Below the pieces are notes generated by a model. That model saw nothing but the letters and a program-made list of their open reading frames with translations. It was not told where the DNA came from and did not search any database. A stretch of DNA of 64,000 nt from Gordius albopunctatus (lineage: Eukaryota), in assembly GCA_964276515.1 (NCBI GenBank), contig OZ193909.1, positions 5,022,001-5,086,000 of the forward strand, read 5' to 3'. Positions 12,609 through 26,352 of the stretch are shown here, one piece after another. The number at the start of each line of letters is the position of its first letter. Position 1 is the first letter of the stretch. Made by a program: the position numbers and the translations under genes.

Positions 12609-15439
12609 TAAATAAAAAATAACTTGAAAAAATATTAAATTAATTCACTCAATATTGCTAGAGGGTATAAATGGGGAGGCAAATATGGGCAGCTGCACCC
12701 CTCCAAATTCAAAAATTCCTGATGAAAAAGACATTTTTTGCCCTATTTAAAATGCCCCCCTCCAGTTTAAATTGGCTGCGCTCATGGGATCACGTGTATA
12801 AATTATCTTTAACATTTAGAATGCGGGTTGAGCTATTGATGAATTAATGAAATAGGGAAACAAAATTTAACTTTACCTTGTTAATTTAATATACATAAAA
12901 TAATTACAAATTAGAACATTATCTAAATCTAATTAATTTTTTAACGGGATTTTAACGGGCCTTAAGTATAACTAGGCATGGCCCGAGCCCGTTACGTTAT
13001 ATATCGTTTTATTTTTAAGCAGAAGCCCGTCCAAGCCCGGTGTAGGGTGTCAGCTGCCAGCGTGGTAACTTCAAACACCCCTTTTGATTGGGTAAAGGGA
13101 TGATTAATGGCTTTTTCACACTCTCTCCCTCTAATGGGATTGGGTAGAAGAGGCGTGATTGATACGATTTTTTTGAGAATTTTAGCTCGTGTTAACATCC
13201 AGCGTTCATCGTGTTACTACTGAGACATTGTTCTTAAGTAGGCAATAAATCATTCCCTCCTTATACTAAACTTTAACTACCCGAAAAACACATTATTAAT
13301 TTTTTCATACTAAAATTTGTATTGTTCTCTTTATAACTTATAATAATTTGTCTGTTTTTACAAATATTTATTTATTTTTTAAGGGGGGGGGGAGGTAGAA
13401 ATCACCCTAAGTTAGACCCAGCTTTATAAAAGTTTATAAATATATATCAAAAATAAAATCAAATAAATAATTAATTTGTCTTTTTTTTCTATATTTAATT
13501 ATATAAAAATTTATAAACTCCACAATTTCAAAAATTTAATTAAATAACCAAAATGCTAGTCTAAACTTAATTTATTAAAAACAATAAACATAGCGCCCTA
13601 AAATAGCAAAAATTGACCTTTGATTGATTCACAGCTCATATTTAACACGGCTGTTCTCTGTTATACTACACCGGCCCGCGGGCCGGGCCGTGCAGGTCTC
13701 TAGAAAGTAACACGCACGTAAGTAAAATTAATTGTAAAGGAAGAGATGTATATTCCAGTGTACCCCATATGAAATAGTAGGGCCTGGGAGGGGCGATTGT
13801 ATAGACATAAATAAATTTACATTCTAACGAACAAACGAGCCTTTAATTAAAATCAGTAGAGGAAATAGAGCAGATAAACGAACTTGCAATTAATGTACAA
13901 AGAAAAAAGGGGGGAATCGAATAAGTATTTATGAGATACGCAGGAACCAGGGGTAGGGATATATGTAGACAAAAATTTATTTGATATAATTAAAATTAAA
14001 TGGTTTTACAAACTCGCTTGTGGCATACAATATTAAAAAATATTATACTAATAAAAGGTATACAAAATTAACCTGGGTATTATTATATACGACATACGAA
14101 TGATTTTGTTTTTGGACATTCTCCTGTGCTCCATCAACCATGTGTAATATTAAATAAAATCATGTGGTCTTCTCATTTGAAGGATTGATGTATTTATAAA
14201 TACCTCATTTATGGCTTGTGGGAATAATCCTGGAATAATCCCATCCTCCCCGCACTGTAAATAGGCAAAAGAAACGAGTTGGAATATCCCTGCACTGTGA
14301 ACTACCTTTTCTTCCTAAGAATTTTCCTTTTGTATTGTTTAAAAGAATGGCTGACGCTCGAGTATGATTCAGTTTTCCCTTAGGTTTTGAAGCAATCAGG
14401 TGATAATTAACACATTGTTCCTCCTCCATGTTAAGATTTTTATCTCTACGCAACGTAATGTATCGAGAGTTGTTTGATTTTTCGATCATTAAATTTGTTT
14501 CTTAGTTTTAACTGAATAAAATATGTAGAGGAAAAACAATTAAGGTTTATTGTCGTGTACGCGGTGGAGTCTTGTAATCTTTTGTCCACTGCCCGGCCGT
14601 CTCCCAATATATCCCCCTATCCTCCACAATTCACACGATATATTCCTAACCTTAAATCATCATGTTCCCGCGGACTTTTTTACCTTATTCCGCGCCGCTG
14701 GAACGAGAAATATATAAAGTGGTACTTTATAAGTTGTTGCTGTCGTTGACTGTATAAATATTCATATAATATTTTAATAGACAAGGGATCGCGGTGTTTC
14801 GCCGCACAGAGTTTTTAAGTGTAAATTAAAATTAAGCGACATACATCCTTATTTATGCAACACCTTTATTTATTTATTAATTTTTTGTTTATTTTAACTT
14901 GTTTTAATATTAGCATAAATTTGTAGACAATAATAACGTCGCGAGTAATTTAATAAATTATATTATTTAAAACCGATAAAATTTAATGCTAGAGTCAATT
15001 AAATATGTTAAAAATATTCAAGTGATTATTATTTTTTAAAACTTAGAATGATGATCGAAAGGGAAGATAATGAATTATTCAAAGCTACCGCGATCAACTT
15101 AAAAACCTCTAAAACAAACCCTTCCAAAAAATGTTGCGAATAATATTAATGATAATGCAATCAAAGTTATTTATAATTTTTAAACGCAATACTTGTTATT
15201 ATCTTTAAAAAATATTGAAAATAAATCGTTAAATTATACTATACTTTTTATGAGTATTAGATAAATTCTAGATATTACACATCGAGCGTGGGATTAAGTT
15301 AAAATTTGCACTTTAATCAAGCAATTATAGCGGGCCTCATCTGGTACCTAGGGGCTTCCTTTTTAAAATGTAAAATTTGAGGAGTAAAAAAACCGAAAAA
15401 CCTTAATTCTCGTTTCAACTACCCCTATTAAAAAATATT

Positions 15440-17185
15440 TGTCAAAAGCGAATAATGGCGCGTACACCGAGATGGCAAACAAACTGGATCATAAAGGGGG
15501 CGATAGGCTTATGTACAAATTGGCCAAGATAAAGGAGAAGAAAGGTCGCGATGTCGGAGTTCTTAAAAAAAGTCAAAAGCGAGAAGGGTCAAACCTTATT
15601 CAAGCCGAAAAAGTGATGGAAAGGATATTTTAAGAAACTTATGAATATTGCAAATTACAAGGATTCCCTTTCCTAAATTGAGTTATATATAAGTATGGTC
15701 GAACTCTTTCAGGAGGATGAAGTTAGGACACAAATGAACTAGATGAAAAAAGGAAAAGCAAATGGCCCAGATGGAATACCTATGGAAGCATTGCTCGGAT
15801 ATCGTGAAGAAGGAGTCACCATCATGACGATCCTCCTTAACAAGATATTGGTAGAAGAGAGAATCCCTAATCAATGGAGAGCAATCACGATTATACCCTT
15901 ATTTTAAGGCAAAGGAGACCCTCAGGACTGTGGCAATTACATAGGTATCAAGCTAACTTGCCACTCCTTGAAGCTTATGGAAAGGATCTTAGTAACAAGG
16001 CTGAAAAACGAGGTGGAAATATCGGCTAATCAATTCGGATTCGTGGCCGGCAAATCCACAATCGACCCAATCTTCGCCCTAAGACAAATGATAGATAAGC
16101 ATGGTGAAAAGAGGAAAGACCTACATATGGTTTTTATCGCCTTGGAGAAAGCTTATGATACGGTCACCCGCGATTTAATATGGTGGTGCCCGAGGAAACA
16201 AAATATCCCTGACGCATATATACGACTTATGAAAAATATTTATGAAGCCTCAAACTCCGTTAGGACGACAGTTGGAGACTTTAAACCTTTTCGGGTTAAT
16301 ATTGGATTACATCAAGGCTCTGCTTTAAGTCCCTTTTAATTTAATATACTTATAGACATGATAACGAGGGGCATTCAAAAGCGATCGCCATGGTGTATGC
16401 TATATGCCGATGATATAGTACTATGCGAGGAAACAAGAGAGAAAGTATTCGAAGAAGCCGAAAAGTGGTCAAAGCGCTTAGCTGGATATGGTTTAAAGGT
16501 CAACGATCGAAAAATGGTATACAAGGAAATGAACGGTACAGGCACCCCATTGCTGGATGACCATATAAAGTACCCAAAAGTAGACAGGTTTACTTACCTA
16601 GGCTCGATGCTACATCAAGAGGGAGGTTGCGCAACGGAAGTCAATTCCCGGATCCAAAAAGGATGGCTTATATGGCGAAGTAAATCCGGTGTAATGTGCG
16701 ACAAGAAAATGCCAATATGGTTGAAGAGCAAAGGTTACAAATCCATCGTAAGACGGGTGTTACTCTATGGAAGTGAAACATGGGCATTAAACACCACGGA
16801 AGGAAAGCTATTACAAGCCACGGAGATGAGAATGATACGGTGGAGCTTGGGGTATACTAAGCTCGACCATATGACGAATGACTTTCTCATGACAAAAATG
16901 GGTATTCAACCTATGGCGGACATGATTAACGAAAATCGGCTAAGGTGGTAGGTGCATATACTAAGAAGGGACCCGGATGACGTAAATCGAAAAGTGCTAG
17001 ACATGAAAATACCGGGGAAGAGAGGAAGAGGACGACCCCGTGTCACGTGGAAAAGGCAAGTCGATAAATTTATGGAAACTAAAGAGATTCTTCAAGACAT
17101 GGCACTAACCCGGTCAAGATGGAAGAGACTCATCAAAACAAACCCCACCAATGTGGGACCAAATAACTGATAAAGAAGAAGAAGA
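15440..17185 (+). mobile_element. RTE-clade LINE, RT region to 3' end, with stops/frameshifts
   Basis: GPDGIP, NQFGF, GLHQGSALSP, YADD, RGRGRPR motifs; (GAA)n tail after TGA at 17170. Confidence 0.93.
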
Positions 17186-19600
17186 GGCATATTACGCAGG
17201 TGCAATTACATTTTCAATTTTAATCGTATCTTAAATGTAAGCGAGAAGGATGCTTCCTACGATTTAATGCCTTTTTCATATTTTCCAACAGTTTTATTCT
17301 CTTATTAAATTAGTTCTAAGCCTGAAAAATTTAGCAAAATTCTCTTAATAAAGCAATCTGTCTAATCTATGAGTCTAACAACATATATAAAATGAGATGT
17401 TTTTGGAAGCGGCGTTAACTTGTATTTTTTTGGATGCGTCGCGGTCGAAAACGCACGAAACTATGTTTAAGGAAAAGATTCATATTTTTATTGTATGTAA
17501 GGTTAACTGTTATTTATCGCTTGGAATTTGTTTTAAACTGATATAGTATGTTACAGAAATATCTATGGGGAAATGAGTTTTCTAAGGTAAATGATGCTCC
17601 TTCTTATTCTTATTACTAAAAAATTTATTATATTGTTAAACATTACAATGACTTGCTTGATTCTATGAAAAATTCAGTCAAGAAATAAAAGAAGAGAGGC
17701 AATAATGGTGTTTTTCAATGACAATGGCTTGTAATAAGATTTAGGTTTTGGTGATGACCGCTACGTATAGCAAGTGTCGCAAATGCTAAGGAGCAAATTT
17801 CTTTACTCTTTTCGACTTAGGCTTTTTACATGAAGGCAGAATAGAGAGATATCAAAGGGTATAATAATCGGAAGGGATGGTAACCATCTAAATTGCTATT
17901 TATCATTTTAAACTCATTTCAAAAACGCCTTAATCGTCGATCACAATGGGAAATCGATTCCAATAAATTTAAAAATTGATGTTTTTTACCTGAATAAATG
18001 AAACAATTATACAAGTAAGCATATTATATTTTGAGGTTTTGCGAATTGGGCATTGCCCCTTTTGTTCTTAACGTATTTTTAAAGCCTGACCATGAACCTC
18101 ACTCTAGGAATCTGACTTAAATTTTCTTATAAATGAATGTTTATAAGTTATAAACCTATATTAGATAGAATATAAATTTCTATGATAGCATTTACTAATT
18201 ATTTTAAAAAAAATTATTTGTTGAGTTTAAATAATTTTTTATATTTTAAGATTCATTAAATATGTTTCTTTACTCAACGTTGACTATTCTTTCTTATAAA
18301 CTGATTGCACGAGGCTGGGTGCCAATTCTTAGCGACAATATGTCAAGGCTAGAACTATTAGAATACAAGACTTTATTACTCTTCATTATAATTATTTATT
18401 ACGTATAAAGAACATGTTTTTTTGCCCTTCCCCCTCAAACACTAAAAATCATTCTAATTGCTATGAACAAATACAAAGGTGAGTAGTAATTAACGCTTCC
18501 GTAACCACTCGAGGCATTTCAAAGAAACTTTTAAGTCTTCACATTTCGCTTAGATATTATATTAGTGCCTCGTTATAGGAATACATTGAGCATTTATTTA
18601 TGTGACATGCTTACCTAACTGCTTCTCTCGTACACAATTATTTCTCAAGTATTTTTCCTTTGACACCGGTGACACGCTAGATTTAGATACTGACGACTAG
18701 AGCACAACTTACTGACTTTGTGTTTTAATTAATATTCTACCATCGACTACCGTACATTTGTTTACGTCTAATAATATTGAGTTGACATTAAAAACTAAAT
18801 AATATTTGGAAAATTTTGTCATCTTTATTCCATATTCTAAAACTTCTCGCCCATCTCATCAAGTAATTATATATGTTAACGGGTTTTGAAATTTAAAACA
18901 TAAAAACAATGTAGTAAATGATAAAATTTAAAATTGTATTTGATAGATTTCTAAAAAGTTTAGTTTGATCTAGTACTTTCATCGAAAGAAAAGAATAACC
19001 ATAAATTGCATAGAAATTAATTTAAGTTTATACATTAATTGAACATGACAAATGCTTGATATAATAAACCTGCTTACATTAACTGAAATTGTAAATATAT
19101 AAATTTACTTTTTGTTCGCTTTTTTACAGTTAAAGTTACATTCTCTGATAGAACCTCATCTTCGGTGCTTCAGAGCTGTTTTTCATAGGGAGGAAATAAC
19201 AAGCGCAAATTATCTGTATAATCGACAAAAATAATGCATTTAATCTAGTTTTATGACCCCCTTCCACCAAAAATTAGAAAATTTATCCCAGGCTCAATTT
19301 TTTAATGAAACGCCGCGAGACCTGAGCGGACTATAGGTTTATTTTCCTTAATATAGTTTGAATTAAAGTCTTTATATAAACAATTTATTTAATGGTTAAA
19401 ATGCTTTATTGTGAAAAAGTATTATATAATAACATTATAAAAGTATATACGAACAAAAATAATTATAAATAATGTTTGGTAAGGATGTCAAATATAGTGT
19501 TCCCTCCTTTACCGAATTCCCATTACCTTTTACAAAGTAATAAAAATATGGCATTATATCTTCGTATGCCGTGCGTCATCACTTATCGCCAGAGGCCTGC

Positions 19601-19838
19601 TGAGGGGTGGGGAAACTAGGGGGCAAACTTGGGGGGGGGAGGGAGTCAAAAAGGGGGGTGGGTAAGGAAGTAAAAAGGGGAGGAGCAAGGGGCCCAAAAG
19701 GGGGTCAGAAATGGGGCGGGGGGGGGGAAGGGATAAAATAAGAAAACAGAGGGGGGAGCAAGGGGAAAAATTGGAGAACAAGGGGGGGGGGTAAAGAGGG
19801 CGGATGGGGCAATGGTCAACCTCTAAGCAGGGGGTCAT
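19601..19838 (+). repeat. G-rich polypurine tract
   Basis: About 240 bp with many runs of 4-9 G separated by A-rich spacers, in an otherwise very AT-rich region. Confidence 0.7.
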
Positions 19839-19859
19839 AGATATATATATGTATTTCTG

Positions 19860-20816
19860 GCCTAAAAGTTAGCCGCCCACACCAACAAAAATGCACGAAA
19901 AAGGAAGACAAAAAAATGAAGAATCAAGTGAGGCCCGGAAAAAGAACAAAAGCGTTGATCTTTGGCCGAAAAACGGTCATCATTCATTTTCAGCCAAAAA
20001 AATTTAAGTTTTGCAGGGAAAATGTATATTTGAAGCTAAGATAACATAAATCTCAAAACCTGCAATAAAAATGGATTTTGGCCTTTGGCTGGCTGGGGTG
20101 AGAAAAGTAGAAGAAAGCAACGGACATCATTAATTTGAAAGGAATTATTTAGCTAGTTTCGCAAACATCCGTTATAAAGCAACAACCTATACAAATTGCC
20201 AAAATAAATTTATACAGCAGCAAATATAAATAGCAATTAACAAGGAGTTTGGCCCTGGCCGGGGACAGACAAATTAGAAGAAAGCAACGGTTAGTATTAA
20301 TTTAAAGGGGATTATTTAGCCAGTTTCGCCATTATCCGTTAGAAAGAAACAACCTAGACAAGTTGCCAAAAGAAATTCATAAAAAAAGGTAATCAGGGGC
20401 ACAAAAACAATAATGCAATTTGGGCTCGGGATAGGTCGAAAAAATTAAAGCCAACCAGCGGTCATTAGCTAGTGTATTTTCGAAAGCAAAATAAAAGCCT
20501 TTTACAGAAGCATAAATCCACAACCATTAAAAACCGTATAAGTTCCCACAGCAATTTTTGAAAAATTACAAGTTGAGCAGGACAGACAGGCATGAGGGTA
20601 GCCAAGGGGGGGGGGGCAGGGACGGGCGGTTGCCCCCTTCTAAATCCAAAAAATTGTCGAAATTTATAAAAATGATGGCTAAAATTTCAAAAAATGTCAC
20701 TTAGCCCCCCCCCTAAATCATTATTGCCCCCTTCTAATTCCAATGCTGGCTACGCCCATGCGGACAGGACTGACAGATAGACAGCCAAAAACGAGCCCAT
20801 AAATTGCATAACAATT
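19860..20816 (-). mobile_element. HINE-like element (diverged) with internal repeats and a MITE in its microsatellite
   Basis: Terminates GACAGCCAAAAACGAGCCCATAAATTGCATAACAATT; internal duplication ~20105-20210 versus ~20275-20380. Left boundary uncertain. Confidence 0.5.
20591..20760. mobile_element. Short hAT-type MITE (CATGGGCGTAGCCA family)
   Basis: CATGAGGGTAGCCA...TGGCTACGCCCATG; near-perfect 8-bp TSD CAGACAGG/CGGACAGG. Relatives at ~12660, 37557, 40285, 42205, 47655 and 51117. Confidence 0.75.
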
Positions 20817-21222
20817 AATTAAATAATTAAAAGGCATTATCCGTTTCTTTTTCATCTTTAAGAATGTGCATTGAATCCATCAGGGAATAAAAATTAGTTT
20901 TAGCGATGGCTTGATTATGAAGAAACGATGAGAAAAAAATATAGGATGCTTATAAATTTCAATATTTTAAGCATTTACGATGCTCGCCGATCCTAGGGGA
21001 TCGTAAGTATCGTTAGGAAAAAAATGAGTAAACATTAAGGCAATTTGAAATCGATTCAATTTATATAGTCATGCCGCCAAACGATAAAGACCGTGAAAGT
21101 TCTTAAGAAATACACTATATCTCATAACCCCTTTTTACCACTTTTATCGTTTCTCTTACGTCATAATTAACCCTCGACACTCGTTGGTGTGAAAATTTTT
21201 GTATTACCCTTTCCCCATATTT

Positions 21223-21966
21223 ATGCCAAGGAAGGTTTCGTCTAGAGTCGCTAATTATAATACCCCCCTTAACAAATATTTCTCCAAGTCCACCTCCCTG
21301 AACCAAATAAATACAGCACCCAACGTACCAATGATTTCTCCTAGCAACAAAGATTCGGTTGCCGCAAAAATTGACAGTAACGCCAGCGAATCAGATCCAA
21401 CGATGACGTTAATCTTGAATCGGCTAGCTGAAATGGATGCAAAAATCGACAGGTACATGCTCGGTAGAAGCGAAGAAACGATCAATGTGGTAAAGAATCG
21501 GCCACATTGGGCGCCGTCCCTGCCGGCGGAGTCTGTGACCATGACCCGCATTAAGTTAGAGACCTTACTGGCCAGCGAAAGAGCAGGAGCATCGAACACT
21601 CCCAGCTCCAATATTGATATTTTGAAACTACGACTTAAAGGCTTAAGTGAGGCATTAGAGACAAACTACTCGATGCCCGCCCATCAGAAACATGAGACGG
21701 AGTTCCTCCTCAGCTTAGGAGATTCCATTAGTGACTACGATAAAACTATCGACAAATTCTCCGAAAGAGTAAAGACGATAGCCATGGCATCATACTATGG
21801 GTGGCAAGCGGTTACGGGGAAATCCAAAGACTGGACCGAAAAAATGGTAATGGGGCAATATACCGAACCGATACAGCTTTTTCGGCCGCCTAATAGATTC
21901 AATGCTCAAAGGAAGAAAGGCGCTTATACAAAAGAGGCGCCTCCGCCTCGGGCGGAACGAACGTAG
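21223..21966 (+). CDS. Gag-like ORF1 of a DIRS-like retroelement (intact, ~247 aa from ATG)
   Basis: Uninterrupted, GC-richer ORF upstream of an RT. ERVKTIAMASYYGWQAV resembles the R-K-I-A...GW-V motif recalled from DIRS/PAT-type Gag ORFs; basic C-terminus. Confidence 0.6.
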   Translation: MPRKVSSRVANYNTPLNKYFSKSTSLNQINTAPNVPMISPSNKDSVAAKIDSNASESDPTMTLILNRLAEMDAKIDRYMLGRSEETINVVKNRPHWAPSLPAESVTMTRIKLETLLASERAGASNTPSSNIDILKLRLKGLSEALETNYSMPAHQKHETEFLLSLGDSISDYDKTIDKFSERVKTIAMASYYGWQAVTGKSKDWTEKMVMGQYTEPIQLFRPPNRFNAQRKKGAYTKEAPPPRAERT

Positions 21967-23043
21967 ATACGTAAGGACGGTAGCGGCGACCCTCGGCTGT
22001 GGTGTTACCCGCCGAGGTCGGCAAGGGATGGTACTATTCCAGCATGGCTTAATAACTACAGAGCCATTGCTAGGAGTATCGCTTTAAACACCTACTCTCC
22101 CGACGATTGCCCGGAGTTGGAGGAACCGATTTATCCTCACGACGCGCCGCTACTCGAACGTACAAATGTGCCGGGAAATCTCCATGACCAATGGACGGAG
22201 GTGGGTATGGATAGCGACGGCGCACCTATCTCATCAGCGAACCGTCCAATATTTTCTCAATCCCCTCTCACCCCTTATCCTCTTTTACACGATTTGATCT
22301 ACCCTTATCAATACGAACGACGATTTTGAAACCCCATCACACGCAATCCCACTTCACTCACAGGATTGCGACCCACAGCTTTAAGCCAAAGATTTCGCGA
22401 AAGGCTATTGCAGACAACAAGGGAAGATATTATGTCCCCCGTTACATAAAGGCTATCCCCCGCGAACACAAATCTTTGGTGGACGAAATTATTCTCAGCA
22501 ATGTTGTCCGTAGCAATTCGGAGGCTATTCCGTCACCCATGTACTTTATCCATAAGAGTGACGGGTCCCCACGGCTGATAGCTGATTTATCCCAAATATC
22601 AAAGAACTTCATTAAATACCCTTTTACATTGAAATCCATTCCCCTAATCGCTTCTTCTTTATCGGATGCACTATTCATGACCAAAATTGATATGAAGGCC
22701 GCCTTTTTCTCTATTCCCCTGGCGGTGGAATTCTCCAAATTCTTTAGCTTCCGGTACAGACGACAGAAGTATTCCTACAAAGTGCTGCCTATGGGGGCCA
22801 GTTTTTCACCCTTCGTACTACAACAAGTTATGATGGACCTATGTAACAAGGCGGTTACAAAGTCTTGATGATATCCTAATATATGGGCGATCCAAAACGC
22901 TAGTCAAGACAGACACTCGGCGATTTTTATACCTGGCCAAATGCTGGAACTTAACTATCAACCACAATAAATCCTCGCTGGAACCACGAACAATTATGGA
23001 CTACCTAGGCATCAATGTTAACCTGGAAACACACACTCTGAAG

Positions 23044-26000
23044 CAGAAACCAGAAATGCCCGGCCCGGCCCGGCCCGTGCCTTAAATTTTAATTTTTGGG
23101 CGAGCCCGGGCGGGCACGCTGATAAGATTCGGGCAATTCGGGCATGCCCAGAATTTTATCAAATTAATTTTCCTTGAAAAAAGAAAAATTCGCTTATAAA
23201 CAATTTTGGGCCATAATAAATTTGACTAGATTTTTTTTCATCGCTTAAATCTTCATTGTACGTTTATATAATGTCCTAATTTCAATTTCTTAAAAATTAA
23301 TTTTTATTTCAAATAAATTAGTTTAACTGGTTTGTCTCAAGATCAAAAATTTTTAATTTTCAGATTATATTATAAAAGAATTAATTGCTATGCAATTTAT
23401 GGGCTCGTTTTTGGTTGTCCGTCGTCCGTCCGTCCGTCGTCCATCCACCAAGTTATTGGCGCCAGCTTTTTTTAAATTAAATTAATATATTGTTTTAACA
23501 CCATTGATAATATGACTTTTTGACCGTCCGAAGGCTACTGACCATTGAAAAAAATTACCATTGGCCAAATAAATCGAAATTTTTTGTTCGTTTTTGAATA
23601 AGTTAACATTGATAATTACCCTATACTTTTTAATAATTTCTATGCAATTTATCTAGTTTTTGGGTTAGAATCCCGGAGTTTTTTTTGACTCTTATGATTG
23701 TTCTTGTTACTATCATTGATAATAAGACTTTTTGGCCGTCCGCTGGCTGCTGACCAATGAAAAAAATGACCATTGGCCAAAATGTGTATCCGAGTTTATT
23801 TTTTCGTTTTTTTTGACTATTATGATTGTTCCTGTTCCTACCATTGCTATTATGACTTTTTGGCCGTCCGCTGGCTCCTGACCGATGGAAAAAATGACCA
23901 TTGGCCAAAATGTGAATCGAAAATATTTTTTTCGTTTTTTTTGACTATTATGATTGTTCCTGTTCCTACCATTGCTATTATGACTTTTTGGCCGTCCGCT
24001 GGCTGCTGACCAATGGAATAAAATGACCATTGGCCAAAATGTGAATCGAAATTATTTTTTCCGTTTTTTTTGACTCTTATGATTGTTCCTGTTCCTACCA
24101 TTGCTATTATGACTTTTTGGCCGTCCGCTGGCTGCTGACCAATGGAATAAAATAACCATTGGCCAAAATGTGATTCGAAAACTTTTTTTTCGTTTTTTTT
24201 GACTATTATGAATTTATATCCACTTTTACCGTGTCCTGGCTGCTGACCAATGGAAAAAAATGACCTTTGGCCAAAATGTGATTCGAAAATTTTTTTTTCG
24301 TTTTTTTTTACTCTTATGAATTTATATCCACTTTTACCGTGTGCTGGCTGCTGACCAATGGGAAAAAATGACCATTGGCCAAAGTGAGCATCAAAATTTT
24401 TTTTCCGTTTTTTTGGCTATCATTGACTTATAGAGTATCTGTTGGTACTGACCAATGCAGAAGAAATGACCATTGGCCAAATTTTTGATTTTTTTAATTA
24501 AAAATTGTTCAAATTCAACCAAAAATTTCTCCCAACAATTCTGCAAATTCTTAAAATTGTGGTGTTTTATAATATAATGTTTGTTAGACCCATAATCACT
24601 AGAGGCCATAAAAACTAATGTAATATTTTTATTTATTCTCAAATGTGATATTTTGTTCATGATTGTTTTTTGCATGTGCTAGTGTTTAGGTTTTCAACAT
24701 TAATATTCTTTCATATACATTTTTACACATTGAATTATTTATTTTAAAGATTACTATATTTTGTTTTTTTGTGTTCTTGCATAAAATTAGGTTTTGTCTT
24801 TCATTTATCTACATTATTAATTGTTTATTAAAATAGGGGTCGGGGCTAGTCGGAGAGGGGCTATTGCTAGCCATTTTTCATTGTGTTTTACAAATGGCAT
24901 GATAAAAAGAAAAAATAATCATATTACATTTGCATTTTCTACATTTTTTATAAAGAAACAATCTTTTTATTGATATGAGTTAGCCTACACTAAAAAAAGT
25001 GAAAACGTCAGAGTTAATTTATGGGCTATGACTAACCCCGGGCACTTTTAAAAAATTTAGGATTTCCATTTTTTTTGAATTTATTTTGTGAAAAAATTAT
25101 TGCTTATTTCCCTCCAAATTTTCTTCCTATATTAAAAATAGTCTTTAAAAATAGACAAGTAAAAATTTGTCTACCTAAATATAAATTAATACAACTGTTT
25201 CCCGTAGAATTTAACTAACCATAAAGCTTCCCCTTCGCTCCCTCTCTCCCCCTTTATGATATTTGGCATATACACTTATTTAGTGCTTCCAACCTTCGTT
25301 TTGCAATATTCACGTAAGTATTTAAAATAGAGAAGGCAATTTTTTTTAATTAAATCGAAAATTTGTATTAATAATTAACTAATTATTTTACATTTAATAC
25401 CCCCCCCCCGCCTATAGGCATTCTCACCCCTTCCCACCTTTCTCGCCCATAAATTGCATAGCAAATATGATACATTTATACGGAGTGTAGATGAGTTCCC
25501 CCTTCCCTCCCCTCCTCCCCTTCCCCCTTCCCACGAGGGCCGAAGGCCCGAGTTTTCTTATTACATTTTTATCGCGTTTAGTTAAATCTTTGCCCTACTC
25601 CATTATGGAAAGGATTGGAGTATTTAAATTTATGTAGTAGCCAAAGCCATTTCGTGCCGTCTAGACTTAAAACAAAGGCTCATGCCATTTTCTAACAATG
25701 CGCATAATTGTAATTCATTTAATTTCTTAACAACTAAAAAAACACGGTGGAAAAATAAAGCAAACAAGTCACATTAAAGTTATTAAAAATTATAACTATT
25801 TTAGGTATACTAAATTAGCAAGGTTTAAAAAAATACTCTTTGCCACCCTGGCGACGAGTGCTGCTAGTGAAAGAAGTTTTTCTATCGGAGGAAGATTAAT
25901 AGAGGAAAGACGCACAAGATTATCCCCGGAAATTATCGACGATATGAATAATAAAATATTGTCGTCTTTGTTTGGATCAATATGCCATTGCTTATTTTGT

Positions 26001-26352
26001 AATAGTGGCTAAAGATTTTGGGATTGGATAATTTCGGGTCTACCGGGAAAATTTTATTAATCAGGCCGGGCAGCTCTAATGGTTTGGGCATGGCTGAGCC
26101 GACACTTAGAAGGGTTCAGGCGGGCAATTTAGTTAAAATTGGACCGGGCCGGGTTCGGGCAGAAAAATTTAAACTACTCCGACCTCTTTTTGGGATCTCA
26201 TAAATTCGGGACTGACGGGCAAATTTAATATTTCGCGCCGGGCAATTCGGCGGACACTTAGATGGGTTCGGGCGGGCCTGGGCGGGCAATGAAGGTAAAA
26301 AATTTAGTCGGGCCGGGTTCGGGCAGAAAATTCCCAACAAATCTGACCTCTG
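23044..26352 (+). mobile_element. Non-autonomous hAT transposon with transposase dimerization-domain remnant
   Basis: Perfect 8-bp TSD CTCTGAAG (23036-23043 and 26353-26360); CAGA..CAGA / TCTGACCTCTG termini; ~25803-25945 encodes YTKLAR..ATSAASERSFSIGGRLIEERRTRLSPEIIDD. Confidence 0.9.
23383..25554 (+). mobile_element. DINE-1/Helentron-like non-autonomous element (HINE) with central satellite array
   Basis: 5' subTIR TGCTATGCAATTTATGGG, (GTCC)n microsatellite, tandem ~129/~108-bp monomers (~23700-24480), 3' inverted subTIR CCCATAAATTGCATAGCA (~25427), terminal stem-loop GGGCC-GAA-GGCCC then GAGTT. Confidence 0.8.

Larger units (their letters stand above)
10200..13702. mobile_element. Fragmented GC-rich (CGGCCCG) hAT-like element hosting other insertions
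   Basis: TAGAGCCCTGCA at 10200 and TGCAGGTCTCTA ending at 13702; GGCCCG-rich blocks at 10225, 11966-12080, 12955-13040 and 13670. No TSD match, so the ends may belong to different copies. Confidence 0.35.

Noticed and set aside
13720..14750. Possible decayed LINE remnants (e.g. GLFYLIPRRWNE); similar hints at ~33600-33950 and ~51640-51830
   Set aside because: Too degenerate to delimit or classify without a database search.
19554..19838. Proline-rich minus-strand ORF
   Set aside because: Translation of the G-run tract; no splice or homology support.
23700..24480. Regularly spaced repeats resembling a CRISPR array (also 61450-62330)
   Set aside because: Whole monomers repeat with no unique spacers, the context is eukaryotic, there are no cas genes, and the array lies inside a Helentron-like element.
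23630..24675. Multiple overlapping ORFs duplicated at 61253-62405
   Set aside because: By-products of tandem repeats in a non-autonomous element; no recognisable domain.
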